In this document: positions 1 to 7,700 of the stretch, in pieces | Position numbering within the stretch: position 1 is the stretch's first letter | Layout of the letters: every line of letters begins with the position of its first letter | DNA from: an uncultured Syntrophaceae bacterium | Lineage (GTDB): Bacteria; Desulfobacterota; Syntrophia; Syntrophales; PHBD01 | Length of the DNA stretch: 64,000 bases | Assembly: GCA_964578535.1 (NCBI GenBank) | Contig: CAZODI010000007.1 | Coordinates: 18,785-82,784 of the forward strand | Direction: 5' to 3' | Notes under the pieces: generated by a model | Database searches by the model: none | Told to the model about the DNA's origin: nothing | What the model saw: only the letters and a program-made list of their open reading frames with translations | Made by a program: the position numbers and the translations under genes

Positions 1-37
1 TCAAGAGCCTGATCGAGCGTGAGGTAGATAATCGGCA
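1..37 (-). CDS. Doc/Fic-like protein, first 12 codons only (gene runs off the left edge)
   Basis: A minus-strand ATG at 37-35 lies 3 nt after the TAA (43-41) of the upstream ORF. The visible peptide MPIIYLTLDQAL resembles N-termini of death-on-curing/Fic proteins. It is far too short for a firm call. Confidence 0.2.
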
Positions 38-40
38 TGA

Positions 41-1060
41 TTATTCACGCTCTTTGAGCCGCTTCATGACATCTTTCGCGTCTTCAAGCCTTTCTGCCAA
101 TTCCTTGCTTTTCTCACCAAGAAAACGTTCAAATTCTTCGCGCTGCAGGGGGGTGACATATTCCTTGAGCTGAAGATGCAACGCGTCGCGAAATGCCAGA
201 TCACGACTGGCCATTTTGTTCCGTGCTTTCTCGATAAGAGGCTTCCATAACGCCTGATTTTCAAAATCTGTAAATAGTGAATCAACCTCCCATGAGGTCA
301 GTTTGCGCTTCCGGGCTGCAAAGCTGCTGCGTAATACAGCGGCAAAACCGCTCTCATATGCAGCGACCAAATCCAGTATCTCGGCGTAGAAGGTGTCCCT
401 TACCTTGTCTTTCTCCTGTAACCGCAAAACCTTACGATATTCCGTCGCCTTTTCCTTGAAAATGCTGACATAGATCTTGTCCGTGTAGAGAGGATACTTG
501 AAGTTACCCATATCGACACAATCCTTCAATGCGTCGGTGAATTCGCGGCGATAGCTTTCTTCCTCGAACCAGGATTGAAGAAAATCCTCATCCCGCTGGT
601 TGATGTATTTGGTGCCGCCGCCGGTGCGTTGATTGATCGTATCGATGACGATGTCGAGAATAGCGCGACGCAGGAGCCGCGCCCGCTCGCTCTCGACGAT
701 CAGCATGGACAGATTCAGGAATGCGCGGAAGTCAAAGATGCCGAGCACAGTCGTTTTGGTAACGAAGCCCATTTCGTCACCAAAATGCTTCCCGATCTCT
801 TTTTTCAGCTCTTTCAAATGGTTACCGCGCAATACCTCGTACCCGTTCCGGCGCAGTTCGTCGCCGTATTTCTCGATATAGTGGTCGATCGTGCGGGAGG
901 TGACCTCAAAGAAAGTTGCCACCTGCTCTTTCAGCACGACCGTCTTGTCTTGAAACGGAATACCTCGGATTCCTGCTGCTTTTTCGATTTCAGCAACGGC
1001 GTAAGGGTTGTTGAGGATGTTCTGCCGGTCGAGGACGGAATTCGTCAGATCTTTCTTCAC
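41..1060 (-). CDS. HTH DNA-binding protein, RhuM-like (tentative family call)
   Basis: 339-aa ORF with a GTG start at 1060 preceded by AGAGAGG. It has an N-terminal HTH-like segment (KEQVATFFEVTSRTIDHYIEKYG) and a long charged helical C-terminus. It sits in a lower-GC stretch. The family assignment is from memory only. Confidence 0.6.
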   Translation of the reverse strand: MKKDLTNSVLDRQNILNNPYAVAEIEKAAGIRGIPFQDKTVVLKEQVATFFEVTSRTIDHYIEKYGDELRRNGYEVLRGNHLKELKKEIGKHFGDEMGFVTKTTVLGIFDFRAFLNLSMLIVESERARLLRRAILDIVIDTINQRTGGGTKYINQRDEDFLQSWFEEESYRREFTDALKDCVDMGNFKYPLYTDKIYVSIFKEKATEYRKVLRLQEKDKVRDTFYAEILDLVAAYESGFAAVLRSSFAARKRKLTSWEVDSLFTDFENQALWKPLIEKARNKMASRDLAFRDALHLQLKEYVTPLQREEFERFLGEKSKELAERLEDAKDVMKRLKERE

Positions 1061-1075
1061 GCTGATTGAACCTCT

Positions 1076-1432
1076 CTACAGGCTGCGCACATTTCCCAGG
1101 CCATACTGCTGGAAAATGGCGGAAAGGTTGCTTTTGGTCACATCATCTGCGAAGGCGGCATCGCGAAAAACAACCGTGCTTTCACCTGCCGGAGAAAGCG
1201 CCTTGTGCCATGCCGTGATGCCCCATGCCAAGGGTTCTGGTTCGTCGATGCGGATCGAAGGGGAAACCTGTTCCATCCCGGGCGTCCGCCCCTGTCTTGG
1301 AGGTAAGAGTGTTGTATCAGGGACGGAGGTTGGGAACGTGGCGAATGTACTCGGGTTGCTTCCGGGTTGCAACCCTGAAGTGAATCCTGCAATGGATGGT
1401 TTCCATTGTAGATCATGAAATGAACCAGGCAT
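1076..1432 (-). CDS. hypothetical protein or gene remnant (start uncertain)
   Basis: The ORF ends in TAG 15 nt upstream of the next gene's GTG and overlaps its SD, which looks operon-like. No recognisable motif. An internal Met (MEQVSPS...) is an alternative start. A competing ORF (1138..1458) overlaps it. Confidence 0.3.
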   Translation of the reverse strand: MPGSFHDLQWKPSIAGFTSGLQPGSNPSTFATFPTSVPDTTLLPPRQGRTPGMEQVSPSIRIDEPEPLAWGITAWHKALSPAGESTVVFRDAAFADDVTKSNLSAIFQQYGLGNVRSL

Positions 1433-1461
1433 TTCCGTTCAAGATTGTTTCGCAGCACAGG

Positions 1462-3609
1462 TCACCGTTCCGCCGGTTCCGATCCCTCTCCCACGGCTCT
1501 CTTCACGGCCCGGGCGAGGTCGCCGAGGGAGACGGGCTTCATCAGGAAATCCCGGCAGCCGAGTTTTTGCGCCTCCTCCTTGTCGATCCGCTCGCTGAAA
1601 CCGGTGGTCAGGATGATCGGGAGATCGGGCCGGATCTTCAGCATCTCCCCCGCCAGGCGGGCGCCGGTCATGTTGGGCATCGTCATGTCGGTGATCACCA
1701 GGTCGTAATCCCGGGGGTTTGCACGGAACGCCTCCAGGGCGTCGATACTGCTCAGGCGTACGGCCACGTCGTAGCCGAGGGACGTGAGCATCTCCCGCCC
1801 CAGGGAGGCGACGGGCTCCTCGTCGTCGACGTACAGGATGTGCCCGGTCCCCTCGGGAATCAGGGCCATCTCCGGCCCTTCCCATTCCTTTTCGGCATCG
1901 AGCAGGGGCAGGTGAATCGTGAAGGCGGTTCCTTTCCCGGACTCGCTCTCCACGTGAATCATCCCGCCGTGGTCCTTGACGATGCCGTAGACGACGGACA
2001 ATCCCAGCCCCGTCCCTTCGCCGGACGCCTTGGTTGTGAAGAAAGGATCGAAAATCTTGTCCCGGACAGCCGGGTCGATCCCTTCCCCGGTGTCGCTCAC
2101 CACCATCTGCAGATAGGGCCCTTCCTTCAATCCCGGATCGTAAACCGGGCTTTGCGCGGTGAGTACCTGCCGGCCGAGTCGCACCTCCAGGACGCCCTCC
2201 CTTTCCCGCATGGCATGCACGGCATTGGTACAGAGGTTCATCAGTACCTGGTGGATCTGGGTGGGATCGGCCAGGACGGTGTCGTGGGGAGTTTCGAATG
2301 ACGTGCGGATCTCGACGGTCGAGGGAATGGACGACCGAAGCAGCTGCAGGACTTCCTTGACGACAGGGGTGACGGCCATCGGCTTCATCTCCTGGTCCCG
2401 CCGGCGGCTGAAGGTCAGGATCTGTTTGACCAGGTCCCGGGAGCGGTCGCAGGCCTTGAGGATCTGATCGAGATAGGGCTGGATCTGCGGGTCCGTCGTC
2501 CTGAACCGCGCCAGTTCCGCATAGCCCATCATCGCCGAGAGGATATTGTTGAAATCATGCGCAATGCCCCCGGCCAGTGTGCCGATGGCCTCCATCTTCT
2601 GGGCCTGCCGGAGCATCGTCTCGAGTTTGACCGCCTCGGTGACGTCCCGGTTGAGGGCAATGTAGCCCGTCAGCTCACCGGTCGAGGTGAGCAGGGGGCT
2701 GATGGTGGAGTCCGCCTGGATCCGTTTCCCGTCCTTCCGCCGGTTCGTCATGCGTCCGCTCCAGATCATGCCGCTCTTGAGGGTCTTCCAGAGATTCTCA
2801 TAAAAGGAATGATCCTGGACGCCGCTCTTCAGGAGCGCCGGAGTCCTGCCGATGGCCTCGCTGCGGCTGTATCCGGTGACTTTCTCGAAGGCCGGATTCA
2901 CGTACTGGATGACTCCGTCCGGGTCGGTGATGAGGACGCTTTCCGCGGCCCGCTCGATGGCGAAATTCAGGCGCCGGAGGTCCTCCTCGGCTTTCTTCCG
3001 TTCGGAAATGTCCATCAGCACGCCGTGGTAAAGCAGAAGGCCGCCGTCCCTTTTCGGCGTGGCCAGCGCCTTGAACCAGATGAGTGCGCCGTCCGGCTTG
3101 ACAAACCGGCCCTCGAACCTCCAGGGGGTCCCGGAAGCCACCGCCTCCCGGAGAGAGTCCAGGAAACGGCCGCGGTCCTCCTCCACGACGTGATCGGCGA
3201 ACATCGGGAAGAAGACATCGATCTCCGTGGACAATCCGAAGGTCTCCGTCAATTTCTCGCTCACGTAGCTGACGTTGCAGCCTCCGGCGTCCGTGGCAAC
3301 GAACTGGTATGCGACACCGGGGATATTGGTCGCGATGCTGTGCAGCAGGATCTCCCTCTCCTGAAGCGTCCTGTTCATCCTCATCAATCGATCCACATAC
3401 GTGTGGATGAGAACATAGAGCAGCGACGCCGTGATCAGGATAAACAGAATGCCCTTTGATATCTGGACATACGTCATCACGTTTGCATCGCGGACCAGCC
3501 AGGCGAGGATGGTATCCGAGAAGTATATCCACAGCACGCCGAAGAATATGTAGATGACGATGATCTTCAGGACGGCGTAGCGGTCGTGTTGTTGTGAGGA
3601 CGAATCCAT
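1462..3609 (-). CDS. hybrid sensor histidine kinase (2 TM, 2 PAS, HisKA, HATPase, receiver)
   Basis: H-box AHDFNNILSAMMGY, G-boxes DTGEGI / GTGLGLS and a C-terminal receiver (ILYVDDEEPV...DMTMPNMTG...MKP). The start is set at the internal ATG 3609 (MDSSSQQHDRY...) followed by two hydrophobic helices. The upstream part of the 850-aa ORF overlaps the neighbouring gene and is Arg/Pro/Ser-rich. Confidence 0.9.
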   Translation of the reverse strand: MDSSSQQHDRYAVLKIIVIYIFFGVLWIYFSDTILAWLVRDANVMTYVQISKGILFILITASLLYVLIHTYVDRLMRMNRTLQEREILLHSIATNIPGVAYQFVATDAGGCNVSYVSEKLTETFGLSTEIDVFFPMFADHVVEEDRGRFLDSLREAVASGTPWRFEGRFVKPDGALIWFKALATPKRDGGLLLYHGVLMDISERKKAEEDLRRLNFAIERAAESVLITDPDGVIQYVNPAFEKVTGYSRSEAIGRTPALLKSGVQDHSFYENLWKTLKSGMIWSGRMTNRRKDGKRIQADSTISPLLTSTGELTGYIALNRDVTEAVKLETMLRQAQKMEAIGTLAGGIAHDFNNILSAMMGYAELARFRTTDPQIQPYLDQILKACDRSRDLVKQILTFSRRRDQEMKPMAVTPVVKEVLQLLRSSIPSTVEIRTSFETPHDTVLADPTQIHQVLMNLCTNAVHAMREREGVLEVRLGRQVLTAQSPVYDPGLKEGPYLQMVVSDTGEGIDPAVRDKIFDPFFTTKASGEGTGLGLSVVYGIVKDHGGMIHVESESGKGTAFTIHLPLLDAEKEWEGPEMALIPEGTGHILYVDDEEPVASLGREMLTSLGYDVAVRLSSIDALEAFRANPRDYDLVITDMTMPNMTGARLAGEMLKIRPDLPIILTTGFSERIDKEEAQKLGCRDFLMKPVSLGDLARAVKRAVGEGSEPAER

Positions 3610-3691
3610 ATTCGCATCCGTCGAATGGCCGGAAAGATGGATCTCTTTACCGGCAGGCGGGCCCTTCCCGGTCCCGGCGCCTGTTGGTGCC

Positions 3692-4777
3692 TTATCCTGT
3701 GTACCCCATTTCGCGTCCGATCCGGTTGAATTCCTCCTCCAGCACCAGGAAGGCGGCAACCACGACGGGGTCGAACTGGACGCCGCTGCCTTTCTCAATG
3801 AAACCGAGTGCCTGCTCCCGTGTGCAAGGTCCCTTGTAACAGCGGCAGGAGCGCAGCGCGTCGTAGACGTCCGCGACGGCCATGATCCGGGCCGCCAGGG
3901 GGATCTCCTCGCCCTCGAGTCCATCGGGATAGCCTCTCCCGTCCCAGCGCTCATGATGGCTCCGTGCGATGGAGATGCCCATGTTGATAAATGCGTTCCC
4001 GGGGTACACGTCACGGACCGACTCCATGGTCGCAGCGCCCACGACGGAATGCTCCTTCATGATGCGGAACTCTTCCTCGGTCAGCTTGCCTGCTTTCAGC
4101 AGGATCCGGTCGGGACTGGCGACCTTGCCGATGTCGTGCAGCGGGCTGGCATTGAAGATGTTGTGGATGAAGGCCTCGTCGATCGCCTGGTTGTACGGCT
4201 CTTCCCGGCCCAGTTTTTCAGCCAGCATCCCGCAGAAGACCTGGACCCTCTCCAGGTGTTTTCCCGTTTCCCTGTCCCTGGATTCGGCCAGCTTGGAGAG
4301 GGCGAAGATCGTCGACACCTGGGAGGCGGAGATCTCCCGAACCTGTTCTGCCACCAGGTCCTCCAGGTGTGCCTGGTAGCGCCGCAGCTTCAGGTGGGTC
4401 TCCACTCGCGCTTCCACCTCTTCAAACTGGAAGGGCTTGGTCACGTAATCGACGCCGCCGCTGCCGAAGGCCTTCACTTTGTCCAGTGTCTCCGTGAGGG
4501 CGCTGATGAAAATGACGGGGATATCGCGGAATCGGACGTCCTCTTTCAGCCTCCGGCAGACCTCGAAACCGTCCATTTCCGGCATGGTGATGTCGAGGAG
4601 GATCAGGTCGGGCTTTTCATGCTCCACGGCCTTGAGGGCCAGTTTTCCGCTGGGTACGGGCCGCACGCGGTGGCCTTTCTCCTTCAGCATGCCCGCAAGG
4701 AGGGTGAGGTTGGCGGGCACATCGTCCACGACCAGGATATCGGCCTGGACCGGATCCGTTTTGCTTTTGTTTTTCAT
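3692..4777 (-). CDS. response regulator with HD-GYP domain (c-di-GMP phosphodiesterase family, RpfG-like)
   Basis: Receiver motifs (ILVVDDVPANL, LLDITMPEMDG, TKP) plus HD (PLHDIGK) and HHERWDGRGYP motifs. GGAG lies 8 nt before the ATG. The start is 3 nt after the stop of the upstream kinase. Confidence 0.9.
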   Translation of the reverse strand: MKNKSKTDPVQADILVVDDVPANLTLLAGMLKEKGHRVRPVPSGKLALKAVEHEKPDLILLDITMPEMDGFEVCRRLKEDVRFRDIPVIFISALTETLDKVKAFGSGGVDYVTKPFQFEEVEARVETHLKLRRYQAHLEDLVAEQVREISASQVSTIFALSKLAESRDRETGKHLERVQVFCGMLAEKLGREEPYNQAIDEAFIHNIFNASPLHDIGKVASPDRILLKAGKLTEEEFRIMKEHSVVGAATMESVRDVYPGNAFINMGISIARSHHERWDGRGYPDGLEGEEIPLAARIMAVADVYDALRSCRCYKGPCTREQALGFIEKGSGVQFDPVVVAAFLVLEEEFNRIGREMGYTG

Positions 4778-4780
4778 GAA

Positions 4781-7700
4781 TCATGCTCCGTGTGAAAACA
4801 GCTCGATCAATGCTTCATATTCATAGCGGGCGGCCATCTGCCGCACCCACCGGGTGAAATCCGGGTGCTCCGCGGCCAGTCGTCCGACCAGTTCGTTCAA
4901 GAGGTCCATGTCGGCGCTCTCCACCGCGTCCCGCATTTGCGAGATCAGTTCCGGGGCAAGAGCAGCGACAGTCCGGTGCATCCGGGCGGCATCTTCCGCC
5001 CCGTCGGGTGTCCTTTCCGGGGACTCCGTTTCGTCGTACAGGAATTCGACTCCTGTGAGCAGGCGGATGGTTTCAAACAGATCCTCTTCTTTGAAGGGCT
5101 TCGACAGGTAGCCGTCGGCCCCGGCGGCGAAGATCCGCTGCCGGTCCTCCTCGAAGGCGCTGGCCGTGACGGCGATGACGGCCGTGCCCTTCAGCTCCGG
5201 CGTCGCCTTGATGACGCGCGTGGCCTCGTAACCGTCCATGACGGGCATGGTCATGTCCATGAGGACCACCCGGGGCTTCCACTCCCGGATCGACTGAAGA
5301 GCCTCCTCCCCGTTGACGGCCTCCCGGGTGGTGAATCCGACGGTGCCGAGCAGCCGGGTAAGCAACTGGCGGTTCGTGTCCCGGTCGTCGGCGACAAGGA
5401 CTCGGATCTCGCCCTGGCCGGGCTTCAGGCGCAGGACACGGCGCTTTGCCTCCTTCGGTTTCGCCTGCTCCTCCGTTCCTTCCCGGACGGGAATCTCGAA
5501 GCGGAAGGTCGTTCCCTTGCCGACGGTGCTGGTCACCGTGATGGATCCCCCCATGACCTGGACGAACCCCCGGCTGAGGGCCAGTCCAAGGCCGGTTCCG
5601 CCGCTCTTGACTCCGGTCCGGGTCTGCTCGAAGGCCTGGAAGAGGATGCCCTTTTCCTCCTCGGTCATGCCGGGTCCCGTGTCCTCCACCTCGAAGCGGA
5701 GATCCACCTTGTCTCCCTTTTCGGCCCTGGCCGCCACACGCAGGGCGATGCCGCCCTCCTCGGTGAACTTCACGGCGTTCCCCAGGAGGTTGATGAGGAC
5801 CTGGCGGAGTTTTCCTTCGTCCGTGACGGCCCAGCGGGGAACGGGCCCGACCTCCTCCAGCAGGAAGGTCAGTTTCTTTGCGTCGGTCCGGATGCGGAAC
5901 ATCCGTTCGATGTCCCGGAGGAAGGCGTGCAGGTCGAAGGTGTTCGGTGTGAAGGTGGCCCGCCCGGCCTCGATCTTGGACATTTCCAGGATGTCGTTGA
6001 TGAGCGCAAGCAGATGTTCGCCGCTGCGGTTGATGACATCCAGGTGTTCCCGGGACTGCGGCGAGAGATCCGGGTCCCGCTCCATGAGCTGGGCGAAGCC
6101 GAGGATGGCGTTCATGGGCGTCCGGATCTCGTGGGACATGTTCGCCAGGAACGCGCTCTTGGAGCGGCTTGCCGCGTCGGCCGCATCCTTGGCCTCTTTC
6201 AGGATGGTGATATCCCGAACCGTGCCGCGGAAGCCGACAATCTTGTCCTGACCGTTTCTGACAGGGTAGGCGGAGACGGCCGAGTAGACGCTGGTCCCGT
6301 CTTTCCTGGTGAGCCGCCAGTAGAAGTCTCCGGATGGTTTTCCGCTCACGTAGACTTCGTGGAAAATCTTGTAAACGCGTTTGGTTTCCTCATCGTCCAT
6401 GTATGCGCTGAACGGGAGCCCCGTGAGCTCTCCCTCCCCGTACCCCAGGAATTTCCGCAGGGCCGGATTGCAGAAGAGCATGCTGCCTTTCAGATCGACC
6501 TCATAGTAGCCGCTGTCCATGGTTTCGAGGATGGTCCGGTATTTCTCCTCGGCCTCCTTCAGTTCCGCTTCCATCCGCTTTCGCTCCGAGATGTCGCGGG
6601 ACACACCCACAATACCGGTCAGTCGTCCTGCATCGTCACGCATGGGGCTCAACGTCACATCCACCCAGAAGGTGGAACCGTCTTTTTTGTACTGCTCCAA
6701 TTCGAGATGGGATGTGGGATTGCCGCCCTTTTCGATTTCAGGGAGTACCCGGAGATAGTCCTCAAAGAGCACGTTCAGGGATTCCGGAGTCATGGCATCG
6801 GCAAAGGGCTGTCCCATGGCCTCCTCGGGAGTCACGCCCCGCAATTTCTGTATGGCGGGACTTATGTAAGTCATTCGGAGATTCGTATCCGTCGTATAGA
6901 TCACATCACCGCTGTTCTCGGTGAGGAGCCGGTACTTTTCCTCGCTCCGGCGGAGCGCCTCGGCGGCAGCTTCCCGCTCGGCCTCCGCCCGTTTTCGTTC
7001 CGAGATGTCACGGGTCACGCCGTTGAAGGCGACGGGCCTGCCCCGTTCATCCCTTTTCACGACGGCGCTGATCTCCATCCACAGCCGGTCCCCGTTCTTG
7101 GCAATATGCTCCGCCTCCATCACGATCCGATCCAAAGGTTCCTTGCCCGCAACGATCCTCCTGAAGCCGGCCGTCACGGCCTCCGCGGTCTCCGGGGTAA
7201 AGACGTTCTCGAGTTTCATGCCCACCGTCTCCTCGGCGGTGTATCCGAGCGTGCGTTCCACCGAGTTCGAGCAGAACGCGTAGCTCATGGCTTTCAGGTC
7301 GAAGACCCAGATGATGTCACTCGTGTTTTCCACCAGGAATTTGTAATTTTCCTCACTTCGGCGCAGCGCCTCGGCGGCCTCCTGCTTTTCCGCCTCGGCC
7401 CGTCTCCGCTCGCTGATGTCTCGGGAAACGCCGAGATAGCCGATCAGGCGGCCTTCGTCATCGCGCATGGTCATCATAGAGGCTTCCACCCATACGGTTG
7501 AGCCATCCTTGCGGTACTGCTCGATCTCGATGCGCGCCGTCGGATTCTTTCCTTGCTCGATGTCGGGAAGGAAGCGGTTGTATGCGAAGAGGACCGTATT
7601 CAGCGAATCCGGAGTCATGGCCTGTTCCACCGTCTCGGCCAGGGCCTCCTCGACCGTGATTCCACGCAATTTCCGGATCGAGGGGCTGACGTAGGTAAAG

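Noticed and set aside
3610-4014. N-terminal 135 codons of the 850-aa ORF for the smaller kinase
   Set aside because: This part overlaps the 3' end of the HD-GYP gene in another frame and is Ser/Arg/Pro-rich. The internal ATG at 3609 is followed directly by the transmembrane helices expected for the sensor.
4865-7501. 878-aa plus-strand ORF antisense to the large histidine kinase, with several shorter ones nearby
   Set aside because: It is a shadow ORF opposite a gene with unambiguous PAS, HisKA and HATPase motifs. Its translation is low-complexity (G/R/P/L-rich) with no recognisable domain.
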